Shown here: positions 33,504 through 43,968 of the stretch, one piece after another
Position numbering within the stretch: the first letter of the stretch is position 1
How the letters are laid out: each line of letters begins with the position of its first letter
Assembly (NCBI GenBank): GCA_045653505.1
Contig: JAZOLZ010000030.1
Coordinates: 21,805-85,804 of the forward strand
Direction: 5' to 3'
Length of the DNA stretch: 64,000 nucleotides
Source: Eubacteriales bacterium
GTDB taxonomy: Bacteria; Bacillota; Clostridia; Oscillospirales; CAG-272
The notes under the pieces: model-generated
Seen by the model: only the letters and a program-made list of their open reading frames with translations
What the model was told of the DNA's origin: nothing
Database searches by the model: none
Program-made: the position numbers and the translations under genes

Positions 33504-34895
33504 TCAGAAGTTAAGTCTTGCCTTGATGTAATCAGCAACCTCGTCGATAGGAAGACGCACCTGCTCCATACTGTCTCTGTCACGTACGGTAACACAGCCG
33601 TCATTCTCGGTTTCAAAGTCATAGGTTACACAGAAGGGTGTGCCTATCTCGTCCTCTCTGCGGTATCTCTTACCTATTGAACCTGTCTCATCAAAGTCAC
33701 AGTTGAACTCCTTTGCAAGGGTGTCAAAGAGCGTAAGAGCCTTATCGGAAAGTTTCTTTGAAAGAGGAAGCACTGCGCACTTGAAGGGCGCTAAAGCGGG
33801 GTGCAAATGCAAAACAACACGGGTATCGTTTTCACCAATCTGCTCCTCATCGTATGCATCAACAAGGAATGCAAGAGCAACACGGTCTGCACCGAGGGAG
33901 GGCTCAACTACGTAAGGAATGTAGTGCTCGTTTGTCTCGGGGACAAAGTAGGTCATATCCTTGCCAGAGTGGTTCTGGTGCTGGCCAAGGTCATAATCTG
34001 TTCTGTCAGCAACGCCCCAAAGTTCGCCCCAACCGAAGGGGAATAAGAACTCAAAGTCGGTAGTTGCCTTGGAGTAGAAGCAAAGCTCGTCTGCCTCGTG
34101 GTCTCTGAGTCTTAAGTTCTCATCTCTCATACCGAGGTCAAGCAGCCACTTGTGGCAGAAATCCTTCCAATACTTAAACCACTCAAGGTCGGTACCGGGC
34201 TTGCAGAAGAACTCAAGCTCCATCTGCTCAAACTCACGGGTACGGAAGGTGAAGTTACCGGGAGTAATCTCATTACGGAATGACTTACCTATCTGCGCTA
34301 CACCGAAGGGGAGCTTACGTCTTGTCGAGCGCTGTACTGCGGGGAAGTTTACAAAGATGCCCTGCGCTGTCTCGGGACGAAGATATACTGTGCTTGAGGA
34401 ATCCTCCGTAACACCTACAAAGGTCTTGAACATAAGATTGAACTTTTTAATATCGGTAAACTGCTTACCGCCGCAAAGGGGACATGCAATATCCTTTTCC
34501 TTGATAAATGCCGCCATCTCATCAAAGCTCCATGCAGCAGGGTTATCATCTGTGCCGTTGGCGAATGCGTAGTCCTCAATAAGTTTGTCTGCTCTGTGGC
34601 GCGCCTTACACTGCTTGCAGTCCATAAGGGGGTCTGAGAAGCCGCCTACGTGACCTGAGGCAACCCATGCCTCGGGATTCATAATAATAGCGCTGTCAAG
34701 ACCTACGTTATATCTTGATTCCTGCACAAAACGCTTCCACCACGCCTTTTTAACATTGTTCTTGAACTCAACGCCAAGGGGGCCGTAGTCCCATGAGTTT
34801 GCAAGACCGCCATATATCTCCGAGCCGGGGAAAATAAATCCACGCGTCTTGCAAAGAGCCACAATTTTATCCATTGTCTTTTTGCTGTTTTCCAT
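33504..34895 (-). CDS. glyQS: Glycine--tRNA ligase (homodimeric GlyQS type)
   Basis: 463 aa. Class II aaRS sequence typical of GlyQS ([41 protein letters not shown]). Confidence 0.93.
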   Translation of the reverse strand: MENSKKTMDKIVALCKTRGFIFPGSEIYGGLANSWDYGPLGVEFKNNVKKAWWKRFVQESRYNVGLDSAIIMNPEAWVASGHVGGFSDPLMDCKQCKARHRADKLIEDYAFANGTDDNPAAWSFDEMAAFIKEKDIACPLCGGKQFTDIKKFNLMFKTFVGVTEDSSSTVYLRPETAQGIFVNFPAVQRSTRRKLPFGVAQIGKSFRNEITPGNFTFRTREFEQMELEFFCKPGTDLEWFKYWKDFCHKWLLDLGMRDENLRLRDHEADELCFYSKATTDFEFLFPFGWGELWGVADRTDYDLGQHQNHSGKDMTYFVPETNEHYIPYVVEPSLGADRVALAFLVDAYDEEQIGENDTRVVLHLHPALAPFKCAVLPLSKKLSDKALTLFDTLAKEFNCDFDETGSIGKRYRREDEIGTPFCVTYDFETENDGCVTVRDRDSMEQVRLPIDEVADYIKARLNF

Positions 34896-34932
34896 AATTA
34901 TTCCTCTATATTGTAAATATTTATTTGCGTTT

Positions 34933-36231
34933 TTAAATTATTTCGCCGTAAACGATACCGTCTTTGTGATAGATCGGCTTAACGTTTTTTGCCTCTCCTA
35001 TAAGTTCTTTGCCGCCTTTTACTCTGACCTCGACAAAGCTCTCGGAATGAGCGCTCAAATAATCGCCCTGCCTGTTTTCAAGTATAACGCTTAAAGGCTT
35101 TGCCTCGTTTACGATTTTTTCAAGCACAGTATCTCTTACCTTATTTTTATGCTTTATAAGACGGTCACTGCGTTCTTTTTTAACATCCTCGCTTACCTGG
35201 TCGGTATAGCCGTCTGCCTCAGTACCCTTACGTCTTGAATAGGCAAAAACGTGGCAATCAAGAAATGCTGCCTTGGATACGAAATCAAGAGTATCAAGAA
35301 AATCGCTCTCATCTTCTCCGGGGAAACCCACCATAAGGTCTGTAGTAAACTCGGTACCGGGGAGAGTTTCCTTAAGCGCCATAAGATTTTTATAAGCCAT
35401 CTCCCTGTTATATCTGCGGCGCATACGGTTAAGAACTCTGTCCGAGCCCGACTGCATCGATATATGGAAGTGCGGTACCAAAATCTTTAAACCCTTTATT
35501 TTTTGGGCAAATTTCTGCCCCACAAGCTCGGGCGCTAAGGAGCCAAGCCTTATTCTCTCACAGCTCTTTCTTCTATCAAGTTCAATAAGCAAGTCTGCAA
35601 GATCGTATTCAACATCGAAGTCCTTGCCATAGGAGCCGGTCTCAATGCCTGTAAGCACTATTTCACGAACTCCGCTTTTAGCAAGCGCCTCTACCTCATC
35701 TATAACGTCCCCTGGCGCCTTTGAGCGCACTCTGCCTCTTGCACCGGGGATGGCACAGTAGGTGCATCTTGCCTCACATCCGTCCTCAATCTTGACGTAT
35801 GCACGTGTGCGCGGCGCTCTTGTTATCCTCATTTTTTCAAACGGGGCGCTTTGTATATCGCTTACGTTTATATACCGACTGCCCTTACCCTCACCGAGCC
35901 TTTTATTTACAAGACCCACTAAGGAGAGTTTATTATCACTGCCTATAATGATATCAACACCCTCGATTGCGCTTACCTCGTCCGGCAGGGTCTGGCTGTA
36001 ACAGCCCGTAACGCAGACTATAGCGTCGGGATTTGTTTTTATAGCACGCCTTATTATCTGGCGCGACTTTCTGTCACTCTCACGGGTGACGGTGCAGGTA
36101 TTGATAACGTATACGTCACATGGCTCGGAAAACGGTAAAACGGTATAGCCGTTTTTTTCAAACTCCTCGGCAATAGCCTCGGTCTCATACTGCGAGACCT
36201 TGCAGCCAAGGGTATAAAGTCCTACTGTCAT
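34933..36231 (-). CDS. mtaB: MiaB-like tRNA methylthiotransferase (MtaB type)
   Basis: 432 aa. N-terminal MTTase Cys residues, radical SAM motif CEARCTYC, C-terminal TRAM-like domain. Confidence 0.85.
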   Translation of the reverse strand: MTVGLYTLGCKVSQYETEAIAEEFEKNGYTVLPFSEPCDVYVINTCTVTRESDRKSRQIIRRAIKTNPDAIVCVTGCYSQTLPDEVSAIEGVDIIIGSDNKLSLVGLVNKRLGEGKGSRYINVSDIQSAPFEKMRITRAPRTRAYVKIEDGCEARCTYCAIPGARGRVRSKAPGDVIDEVEALAKSGVREIVLTGIETGSYGKDFDVEYDLADLLIELDRRKSCERIRLGSLAPELVGQKFAQKIKGLKILVPHFHISMQSGSDRVLNRMRRRYNREMAYKNLMALKETLPGTEFTTDLMVGFPGEDESDFLDTLDFVSKAAFLDCHVFAYSRRKGTEADGYTDQVSEDVKKERSDRLIKHKNKVRDTVLEKIVNEAKPLSVILENRQGDYLSAHSESFVEVRVKGGKELIGEAKNVKPIYHKDGIVYGEII

Positions 36232-36232
36232 T

Positions 36233-36784
36233 TTACTTTGTATAAACCTCGGGCTTTAAAACTCCTATATAGGGTAATGCACGGTAGTTCTCGGCATAGT
36301 CAAGGCCGTAGCCGATAACAAACTCGTCGGGTATCTCAAGGCCGATATAATCGGGGGTATAATCAACAACTCTGCGAGAGGGCTTGTCAAGAAGGGTGCA
36401 GGTCCTGACACTCTTTGCGCCCTTGAGTTTAAGGTATTTTGTAAGGAAGGAGCAGGTGTTACCGCTGTCAACGATGTCCTCAACAATAAGAATGTCGCAC
36501 TCGGGCAGATCCTTTCTGTTAAGGTCAAGAATAACGTTTACAGCACCTGTCGAGGTGGTGCCGAGGCCGTAAGAAGAAACCTTCATACAGTCAATTTCAA
36601 GCGGAATATTTATTTTCTTCATAAGGTCGCCCATAAAAACTATAGAGCCCTTAAGGATGCACACAAGCAAAAGATGCTTATCACTACCGCTATAGTCCCT
36701 CTCAATTTCCTTTGCAAGACGGCTCGTTACTCTGTCGAGCTCCTCTTCGGAAATCATTACCTTTAAAACATCCTTGTTGATCAT
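36233..36784 (-). CDS. hpt: Hypoxanthine phosphoribosyltransferase
   Basis: ORF 36233..36850 trimmed to ATG 36784 after AGGAGGTG. PRPP-binding motif ILIVEDIVDSGNT. Confidence 0.9.
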   Translation of the reverse strand: MINKDVLKVMISEEELDRVTSRLAKEIERDYSGSDKHLLLVCILKGSIVFMGDLMKKINIPLEIDCMKVSSYGLGTTSTGAVNVILDLNRKDLPECDILIVEDIVDSGNTCSFLTKYLKLKGAKSVRTCTLLDKPSRRVVDYTPDYIGLEIPDEFVIGYGLDYAENYRALPYIGVLKPEVYTK

Positions 36785-36901
36785 GCTGCACCTCCTGGAA
36801 ACAAGTCGAAAAATATACGGTAACCGTTTTTCAGCGTTCCTGCATGACAAAAAGCGCCTGCTTTGGCTAAAAAAACAAAGAATTACCCCACTATAAAAGT
36901 T

Positions 36902-36930
36902 ATTCTAACACAATTTGAGCATTTTGTAAA
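36902..36930 (-). promoter_or_regulatory. Candidate promoter of hpt-mtaB-glyQS
   Basis: Minus strand reads TTTACA (36930-36925), a 17-nt spacer ending in TGT, then TAGAAT (36907-36902), giving an extended -10. Confidence 0.5.
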
Positions 36931-36997
36931 TATAAAATATTAAAAAAGATTAAAAAAGAATTAATGTGAATTAAAATAAAAATATTTATTTTTTCTC

Positions 36998-37026
36998 TTG
37001 ACTTTTTATTATCAATCGGTTATAAT
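36998..37026 (+). promoter_or_regulatory. Sigma-70 type promoter of rpmH
   Basis: TTGACT (36998-37003), a 17-nt spacer, then TATAAT (37021-37026). Confidence 0.65.
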
Positions 37027-37124
37027 GTATCTTGCTTTGGTATGAGTACGCGCAAAAACGGTGCTTTTTTTTGCATCGGATTTGCAACAAAAAAACGTTA
37101 AAATCTTTAAGGAGGTGCTAACTT

Positions 37125-37259
37125 ATGAAGAGAACATATCAGCCTAAGAAGAGACAGAGAAGCAAAGAACACGGCTTCAGAAAAAGAATGGCTACCGCTA
37201 ACGGAAGAAAAGTTCTTAAGAGAAGACGCGCCAAGGGTAGAGCTCGTCTTACCTATTAA
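37125..37259 (+). CDS. rpmH: 50S ribosomal protein L34 (below the ORF-track cutoff)
   Basis: Own translation: [54 protein letters not shown]. Confidence 0.95.
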   Translation: MKRTYQPKKRQRSKEHGFRKRMATANGRKVLKRRRAKGRARLTY

Positions 37260-37287
37260 TCACTAACTTAAGTGACGATACAAAATC

Positions 37288-37331
37288 TCCGATACATGCA
37301 TTACTTAAAGCATCTATCGGGGTTTTTGTTT
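37288..37331 (+). terminator. Terminator/attenuator between rpmH and rnpA
   Basis: Stem CCGATACATGC/GCATCTATCGG (one mismatch) followed by GGTTTTTGTTT. Confidence 0.7.
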
Positions 37332-37416
37332 AATAGGGTATTGGAGTATTCCATAGACTATCCAAAAAGGCAACGGGACGGCCAGAGGTCCTAATTTTAA
37401 AAAGAGGTGGTTAAGC

Positions 37417-37794
37417 ATGAAAATAGTTACACTGTGTGAAAATCATCTTTTTTCCAAGGCGTACTCAAAGGGTAAAAGATGCGTAACGGATGCAGTTGCC
37501 GTATACGTTATGCCCGACTTTAAGGCAAAAAAACTGCAGGCGTCTCACCCACAAAAAATACGGGTAAACCGTATAGGATTTACTGCCACACCTAAGGTTG
37601 GCGGCGCAGTTGTGCGTTCAAGGGTAAGACGGATAATGCGCCACGGATATATGGCGCTCACAAAAGAAAGACCGATCAAGACGGGCTTTATTATTGTAAT
37701 TGCCGCAAGAAGCGCTGCGGCAGACTTAAAAAGTCAAGATATTAAACGTGCGCTTGAATATAGCTTTAACAGGCTTAACATGTTTGAATTATGA
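37417..37794 (+). CDS. rnpA: Ribonuclease P protein component
   Basis: 125 aa basic protein directly after rpmH. Conserved gene order rpmH-rnpA-yidD-yidC. Confidence 0.88.
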   Translation: MKIVTLCENHLFSKAYSKGKRCVTDAVAVYVMPDFKAKKLQASHPQKIRVNRIGFTATPKVGGAVVRSRVRRIMRHGYMALTKERPIKTGFIIVIAARSAAADLKSQDIKRALEYSFNRLNMFEL

Positions 37795-38078
37795 AACACG
37801 TAATGATATGGCTTATCGGCATTTACCGTAAGTATATTTCTCCAATGAAGCCGCAGTGCTGTAGGTTTACACCTACCTGCTCGGAGTATGCGATCGAGGC
37901 ATTTAAAAAACGTGGCTTTTTTGTAGGCTTTGGCCTTATGACGTGGAGAATTTTAAGATGCAACCCCTTTTCAAAGGCAGGCTACGACCCCGTACCCGAA
38001 AAGAGAAGGCAGCGCGCACTTAAAAAGAAAACGGGTGAAAACAAAATTAATTTGAACGGAAATAAAACACAGGAGTAA
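37791..38078 (+). CDS. yidD: Membrane protein insertion efficiency factor YidD
   Basis: 95 aa. Motif [11 protein letters not shown]. Start overlaps the rnpA stop (ATGA). Confidence 0.9.
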   Translation: MKHVMIWLIGIYRKYISPMKPQCCRFTPTCSEYAIEAFKKRGFFVGFGLMTWRILRCNPFSKAGYDPVPEKRRQRALKKKTGENKINLNGNKTQE

Positions 38079-38082
38079 ATAA

Positions 38083-39183
38083 ATGTTTGATTTTATTTAT
38101 GTTGCTATAGGCTGGTTGCTTTCATTCTTTAACAGCTTTACCGGACATTATGCAGTAGCGCTCTTAATCTACGCGCTCTTCTTCAAGGTGCTGCTTTTAC
38201 CCTTTGGTATCAAGCAGCAGAAGAATATGATCTCTATGGCAAAGCTGCGCCCCAAAATTGCTCTTATTGAGAAAAAGTATGCGGGCAGAAATGACCAGAT
38301 AACCCTGCAGAAAAAGCAGGAAGAGATTATGAAACTCCAGCAGGATGAGGGCTACAGTCCCTTCTCTGGCTGTCTGCCTATGCTCATCCAGCTTCCCATA
38401 ATCATGCTCCTTTACGGAGTTATCAACGCGCCCCTTCAGTATATCTGCCAGTGGAACCTTGCCGAGGGTCAGACTGTTACCGAGGCTATCGTGGCTTTGG
38501 CTAACGCATTCGGTATGACCAATAACGGCGCGGCATTTACTGTTGAAACCTTTGGCGCTATCAAGCAGATAGAACTTGTTTCTAAAATCGCAGGTAACAC
38601 AGGTCTTGCTGCCACATACGGCCTTGTGATTGAAAGTTTACCCAACTTTAACCTCTTTGGTATGAGCCTTGCGGCAACACCTAACCTTGCAGAGTTCTCA
38701 TGGCTTTGCATCATTCCTCCCCTTGTAGCGGGTATACAGTACGTTTCTATGATAATCTCACGCAAGTTTACCGGCAACGTACAGACCGCAGGACAGGCAG
38801 AGGCTGACAAGCAGACACAGGCATCCATGAAGATGATGGACATAATGATGCCCCTGCTCACCCTTTGGATGGCATTCAGCTTCTCTGCAATGCTCGGTAT
38901 TTACTGGATCTATCAGTCGGTTCTCGGCGTTGTACAGTCAATCGTACTTGCAAAGATTATGCCCATGCCCACATATACGGCTGAAGAGCTTAAGGAGATG
39001 GAAAAGGCGGCTAAGGCGGCTGAAAGAGCGCAGAAGGCGGCTCTCAAGACACAGCCCAAGTACCGCTCACTGCACTATATTGACGAGGACGATTACGATG
39101 AACTCCCCGAACTTAAGAACAACAGTGGCTCTAAGAAAAGCGGTTCTAATTACGGCATTGACGCCCCCGATGTAAAAAAATAA
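38083..39183 (+). CDS. yidC: YidC/Oxa1 family membrane protein insertase
   Basis: 366 aa, multi-TM with a basic C-terminal tail. Conserved position after yidD. Confidence 0.88.
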   Translation: MFDFIYVAIGWLLSFFNSFTGHYAVALLIYALFFKVLLLPFGIKQQKNMISMAKLRPKIALIEKKYAGRNDQITLQKKQEEIMKLQQDEGYSPFSGCLPMLIQLPIIMLLYGVINAPLQYICQWNLAEGQTVTEAIVALANAFGMTNNGAAFTVETFGAIKQIELVSKIAGNTGLAATYGLVIESLPNFNLFGMSLAATPNLAEFSWLCIIPPLVAGIQYVSMIISRKFTGNVQTAGQAEADKQTQASMKMMDIMMPLLTLWMAFSFSAMLGIYWIYQSVLGVVQSIVLAKIMPMPTYTAEELKEMEKAAKAAERAQKAALKTQPKYRSLHYIDEDDYDELPELKNNSGSKKSGSNYGIDAPDVKK

Positions 39184-39206
39184 GACTTAATATTAAGGAA
39201 AAAACG

Positions 39207-40139
39207 ATGATAAAAGAAATAATTGCAACAGGCAAAGACGTTAACGAGGCTAAAGAGAATGCCCGTGCCGCTCTTGGCGCAGGCCCGCTTGATGACGTTA
39301 ACTTTGAAATTTTACACCTTGGCTCAAAGGGTATCTTTGGTCTTATCGGTGTTAAGCCCGCGCAGGTAAGAGCTTATATCGAGCTCCCCGACGCGCCCGA
39401 GAGAAGACAGAGAGAGAAAAAAAGAGACAAGAGAAAAGATGAAAACAAAAAGCCCCAGAACGAGGGCGGCGCTGTAAATGAAAAGGCGCAGAACGAGAAA
39501 AAGGCTGAGACTAAGAAGAATGAGCCTAAGGCTAAAAAGGAAAAGGCACACTCCGAGGTTATTCCCGAAAACGAGCTTAAACTCACTAAGGTTGATACAA
39601 CCGAGGGCGACCTTGCATACGCCTTTGTTTCTACCGTTATCGGCAATATGGGCATTGACGCAAGCGCAGAGCTCTTTATTGCAGAGGACGGCACTAAGAG
39701 AATTATCATAAGCGGTACCGATGCGGCATCTCTTATCGGTCACCACGGCGATACTCTTGACGCACTGCAGTATCTTACCAACCTTGCAGGCACAAGAAAG
39801 AACGAGAGCGGTGAAAAGGACAAGAGACACACCACTATTGATATCGAGGGCTACCGTGCAAAAAGAGAGGCTACTTTAAGAGCGCTCGCAAGACGTATGG
39901 CTGAAAAGGCTAAGAAAAACAGAAGATCAATAGCGCTTGAGCCTATGAATGCTTATGAAAGACGCATCATCCACTCTGAAGTACAGTCAATTGAGGGTGT
40001 ATCCACAAACTCTATCGGTAACGACAACAACCGTAAGGTTATAATCTTCCTTACAGATAAAAAGCCTAAGGGCGTTTTTGAGGAAGAAAATACAGATGCC
40101 GCTGTAGTAGAAAACAACGATACTACCGTAAGCGAATAA
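39207..40139 (+). CDS. jag: Jag/KhpB RNA-binding protein (Jag_N, KH, R3H)
   Basis: 310 aa. Lys/Glu-rich linker. R3H-type motif ERRIIHSEVQ. Conserved position after yidC. Confidence 0.85.
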   Translation: MIKEIIATGKDVNEAKENARAALGAGPLDDVNFEILHLGSKGIFGLIGVKPAQVRAYIELPDAPERRQREKKRDKRKDENKKPQNEGGAVNEKAQNEKKAETKKNEPKAKKEKAHSEVIPENELKLTKVDTTEGDLAYAFVSTVIGNMGIDASAELFIAEDGTKRIIISGTDAASLIGHHGDTLDALQYLTNLAGTRKNESGEKDKRHTTIDIEGYRAKREATLRALARRMAEKAKKNRRSIALEPMNAYERRIIHSEVQSIEGVSTNSIGNDNNRKVIIFLTDKKPKGVFEEENTDAAVVENNDTTVSE

Positions 40140-40146
40140 TATAATT

Positions 40147-41523
40147 ATGGAAATAAATACGACCATAGCCGCAATTTCAACCCCACCCGGTAAGGGTGGG
40201 GTTGCGGTTATCCGTATATCGGGCGAGGATGCTATAGCTATTGCCGATAAGATCTTCTTATCCAAGGGTAAAAAGCGCCCCTCGTCATTCAAGGCTAGAG
40301 AGGCGGTATACGGTAACCTTTTTGATAATGATACTGTAATTGACGACTGCCTTCTGGTACTCTTCCCTGCTCCGAACTCCTATACGGGAGAGGATACGGT
40401 GGAGATATACTGTCACGGCGGCGTATTACTTACCGAGAAAATTCTTGAGCTTGTATTAAGATCGGGCGCAAGATATGCAAAGGCGGGTGAGTTTACAAGG
40501 CGCGCCTTTATAAACGGCAAGCTTACTCTTACCGAGGCCGAGGCGATAGGAAACGTTCTTGAAGCAAAGAGTTATGAGCAGCTTAAGCTCTCAAGCGAGG
40601 CCTCGCGCGACAGACTGAGCCAAAAGATAAAAGAAATAAAAAAAGAACTTGTAAGCACTATGAGTTCAATTTATGCAAGAATTGATTATCCCGATGAGGA
40701 CCTTGGCGAGTTTACCGATAATGAGACCAAGGAAAGGCTTTTGAAAACAAAAGAGCAACTCGTAAGGCTTATCGATACCTACCGTACGGGTAGAGCGATA
40801 AGCGAGGGCATTAAAACTGCCATTTGCGGCAAGCCAAACGTTGGCAAATCTTCAATATATAATATGATACTCGGCAAGGATGCCGCGATAGTTACGGATA
40901 TTGAGGGTACCACGCGCGACGTGCTTAATGCAACCGTACCCCTTGGCAGAGTACTGCTTTGCCTCTCGGATACCGCAGGTATACGAAAGACGCTTGACCC
41001 TGTTGAAAAAATCGGTGTAAGCCGCAGTTACAGTGAGATAGACAGTGCAGAACTTGTGCTGTGTGTCTTTGACCTTTCTAAAGAGGCGGATGATGACGAT
41101 TTAAGGCTGATAGAGAGATTAAAGGATACAGAGGCGACTAAAATAGCAGTGCTTAACAAGAGTGATCTTGACTGCCGTTTTGACAACAGCGCCCTTGGCG
41201 ATATATTTGATGCGCATATTGAAATAAGCTCAAAAAATGGCGATATGAGCGAACTAATACGGGTAATAGACAATCTCTTTACAGATGAGAAAATAAAAAC
41301 GGGTGAGGATGCAATAGTCTTTACCGCAAGACAAAACGCGGCGCTTGAAAATTGTCTTACACAGTTAAATCTGGCAATAGAGGGCTATGAGGCCGGGCTG
41401 TTTGCCGATGCGTCTAGCTCATTTGTAGAATTGGCTATTGGCGCGCTTGAAGAGAGTGACGGCCGCTCGGTAAGTGAGAGCATTGTAAACGACATTTTCT
41501 CAAAATTCTGTGTGGGCAAGTGA
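40147..41523 (+). CDS. mnmE: tRNA modification GTPase MnmE
   Basis: 458 aa. G1 motif GKPNVGKSS, G3 DTAGIR, C-terminal CVGK. Confidence 0.93.
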   Translation: MEINTTIAAISTPPGKGGVAVIRISGEDAIAIADKIFLSKGKKRPSSFKAREAVYGNLFDNDTVIDDCLLVLFPAPNSYTGEDTVEIYCHGGVLLTEKILELVLRSGARYAKAGEFTRRAFINGKLTLTEAEAIGNVLEAKSYEQLKLSSEASRDRLSQKIKEIKKELVSTMSSIYARIDYPDEDLGEFTDNETKERLLKTKEQLVRLIDTYRTGRAISEGIKTAICGKPNVGKSSIYNMILGKDAAIVTDIEGTTRDVLNATVPLGRVLLCLSDTAGIRKTLDPVEKIGVSRSYSEIDSAELVLCVFDLSKEADDDDLRLIERLKDTEATKIAVLNKSDLDCRFDNSALGDIFDAHIEISSKNGDMSELIRVIDNLFTDEKIKTGEDAIVFTARQNAALENCLTQLNLAIEGYEAGLFADASSSFVELAIGALEESDGRSVSESIVNDIFSKFCVGK

Positions 41524-41530
41524 GGTAAAT

Positions 41531-41860
41531 ATGGAGAACAAAAGATTTACCAAAAACGATAGCGGATTTATCTGCAAGAATTGCGGCAAAGAGGTTTTAC
41601 CACTCGGCTACACCTCACGCAACCACTGCCCTTTTTGTCTATGCTCACTGCACGTTGATATAAACCCCGGCGACAGACAGAACGACTGTGGCGGCATACT
41701 GCGCCCAGTACGTGCGCTGCCCGATGCTAAAAAAGGATATATAATAATCCACCGCTGTGAAAAATGCGGCGCCGAGGTAAGAAACAAGGCGGCACACGAG
41801 GCCAAGGTGCAACCCGATGATACCGACCTTATCATAAAACTCACTGCAGGAAGTATATAA
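41531..41860 (+). CDS. RNHCP domain protein (Zn-ribbon type)
   Basis: ORF 41510..41860 trimmed to ATG 41531 after GAGGT. Motifs CKNCG, RNHCPFCLCSLHVD, CEKCG. Confidence 0.75.
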   Translation: MENKRFTKNDSGFICKNCGKEVLPLGYTSRNHCPFCLCSLHVDINPGDRQNDCGGILRPVRALPDAKKGYIIIHRCEKCGAEVRNKAAHEAKVQPDDTDLIIKLTAGSI

Positions 41861-41874
41861 AAAAGAATAATAAA

Positions 41875-41911
41875 AACGGAGGATGAGCGATTTGCTATGT
41901 CCTCCGTTTTT
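41875..41911 (+). terminator. Terminator after the rpmH...RNHCP gene block
   Basis: 9-bp stem AACGGAGGA/TCCTCCGTT followed by TTTTT. Confidence 0.85.
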
Positions 41912-42003
41912 AAATTTTAAGCTATTAAGCTTTATTATTACTTGCAATACAAAAGTGATATCGCAAATAACAAAACCTATTATTTGTTAATGATTATTTA
42001 CAA

Positions 42004-43137
42004 TTACTGGATAACGGGCAGAATATCATCAAGACCGGGTATTCCGGGTATCTGGTCAAGTATTGACTCAACCTCCCATATATCGTCGCTATCCTCATAA
42101 TCAATTTCAATAGCGTAGGTATACTTTGTACCGTCTATCTTGAAGCTGACCTTGTATACGCTCTCAAGCTCGTCATCCTCGGGATTTATAGCAATCGTAC
42201 GGTGCGCCTGTATATCGCTTACCTCACTTCTTTCATAGGAAAGATGCGCAAGGACTGCGTCAATAGCAGAATTTGCATTAAGAGTTTGGGGCTTACCGAA
42301 GAAGATCTCGTCATCCCTATCACCCTCATCCTCATGCTCATCCATTATAGAATGGTACAGTGAATTAAGCTCCTTAAGACTCATACCGGCAAGAGTTTTA
42401 AAATCGTAATTGCTGTCGTTAAGAGCCGATAGAATCTTGTTGACAAGCGCGCTCTTGCCAAGAGATACGTTGGATTTATCCGTATCATCGGTATCTGCAT
42501 CAGTAAGGTCATCCGTCAACTTTTGCGCAACAATTGAGCATACGATATTAGATCTTTCAAGTATCGTGTTTACATCATTTGCAACCTCGCTCAGAAGAGA
42601 GCCGAATTTGCTCTCATCCTCTGTTTTTGTGCTTATAAGAATAGTATTGGTCTCGTTTGCCTCATTAAGATATCCGTTCATATACATACTGCCAATTATT
42701 GCGTTAAGCGCCGTATGCATACTCACGCCATTAAGCTCCATGCCGTTAAGCACGGCCTCCGCATCCTCATTAGCCGCCTTACATTCAACCACCTTTTTAT
42801 CGGTATCAAGCACAAGCTCAATAGAGGGGTTTACATCAATATAAAGGCTTGCGTAAGACGGTGTCTGAGCGGGGTCACTTGGGTCGTTTGGTACAAGCGC
42901 AAGTCCGTTACCGAGTAAAACACCGAGAGTAAAGACTAATACAAAGCACGCAGCAATGGCTGATACTTTTTTAATGCCAACGCCACTAATGAAGTCCAAA
43001 AATTTGTTCGCACTTTTCTTTTTTACTGTTTTTTCAGCCGGCAACTGCTCTACGTCCTCGATTGACTGCATCACCTGCTCAAGGATGTCGGGGCATTCTT
43101 CTTTAAAGGCGTTTTTAATTTTGTCTTCAAGCATCAT
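42004..43137 (-). CDS. Putative anti-sigma factor: single-pass membrane protein with a PepSY-like C-terminal domain
   Basis: ORF 42004..43257 trimmed to ATG 43137, which overlaps the sigma gene stop by 11 nt. One TM segment (VSAIAACFVLVFTLGVLLG). The extracytoplasmic part is paralogous to lipoprotein 43969..45144. Confidence 0.65.
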   Translation of the reverse strand: MMLEDKIKNAFKEECPDILEQVMQSIEDVEQLPAEKTVKKKSANKFLDFISGVGIKKVSAIAACFVLVFTLGVLLGNGLALVPNDPSDPAQTPSYASLYIDVNPSIELVLDTDKKVVECKAANEDAEAVLNGMELNGVSMHTALNAIIGSMYMNGYLNEANETNTILISTKTEDESKFGSLLSEVANDVNTILERSNIVCSIVAQKLTDDLTDADTDDTDKSNVSLGKSALVNKILSALNDSNYDFKTLAGMSLKELNSLYHSIMDEHEDEGDRDDEIFFGKPQTLNANSAIDAVLAHLSYERSEVSDIQAHRTIAINPEDDELESVYKVSFKIDGTKYTYAIEIDYEDSDDIWEVESILDQIPGIPGLDDILPVIQ

Positions 43138-43693
43138 TACTTTGCTCCTCCCTTTCCTTAAGCTTTTTAATTGCTCTGTTGTATTTTGAAAGCACCGTTG
43201 CAAGCGGCATATTAAGAACTGCGGCAATTTCCCTATGCTTAAGTCCACTGACCGCATGTAGAACCACTATCTCACGTTCGCTTTCGTTAAGGGTTGATAA
43301 AAGATATCTTACGTATTCGCTTTTAATAGCGTTATCAATATCACGGCTTGTATCTATCTCATCGGCTATAGCCTCATTGAGTTCACTGTGCCTTGACTTA
43401 AGCTCTGTATGCCGATAGGTTATGCTCTTTGCTATGGTAATAATCCAAGCCATAGGCTTGCCCTCACTGACGTATCTTTTCGCATACTTATAGATACGTA
43501 CGAAGGTGTCGTGCATTATGTCCTCGCTGTCTGCCTTGTTAGCAGTCTTTGAAAGCGCATAGGCAAACACATCATTTGCCACAAGGTTATATAACTCACC
43601 CAGGGCGTCCTTGTCATCATCCGAGATTTTTAATATCAGTTCTTCCAGGCGCCTTTGTCGGCTATTTATTTCATTGATAGTATAAAAAAGCAT
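43127..43693 (-). CDS. RNA polymerase sigma-70 family (ECF-type) sigma factor
   Basis: 188 aa. Region 2 (DSEDIMHDTFVRIYKYAKRY) and region 4 HTH (EREIVVLHAVSGLKHREIAAVLNMPLATVLSKYNRAIKKLKE). Promoter-like TTGATT-N17-TATAAT upstream on the minus strand. Confidence 0.88.
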   Translation of the reverse strand: MLFYTINEINSRQRRLEELILKISDDDKDALGELYNLVANDVFAYALSKTANKADSEDIMHDTFVRIYKYAKRYVSEGKPMAWIITIAKSITYRHTELKSRHSELNEAIADEIDTSRDIDNAIKSEYVRYLLSTLNESEREIVVLHAVSGLKHREIAAVLNMPLATVLSKYNRAIKKLKEREEQSNDA

Positions 43694-43968
43694 TTTCGCC
43701 GCTTTGCCTCCAAGATTATTGTTACATAAAAATTATATCAAAATATGAAATTAAAATCAAGTAGGGATAAGCGTCAAAAAACATTCTATAGGCAAGGGCA
43801 ACCGGCAGGGGTCAACTTTAGGGAGAGTTGAAAGTTAAAATTACAGATTATATCAAATTTAAGGATGCCGATATGAACAACAGAAGAAAGGATATTTCTT
43901 GCCGATTGCCCTGTTTTGCAAATTTAAGTTGTCGTTTTAGCGCACTTTTAAGTTAATTCTATTTGGTA

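Noticed and set aside
34896-34932. Looked for a T-box leader upstream of glyQS, which is canonical in Bacilli
   Set aside because: Only 37 nt separate glyQS from mtaB. The hpt leader (36785-36901) shows no specifier-loop or T-box consensus. glyQS appears to be co-transcribed without a T-box.
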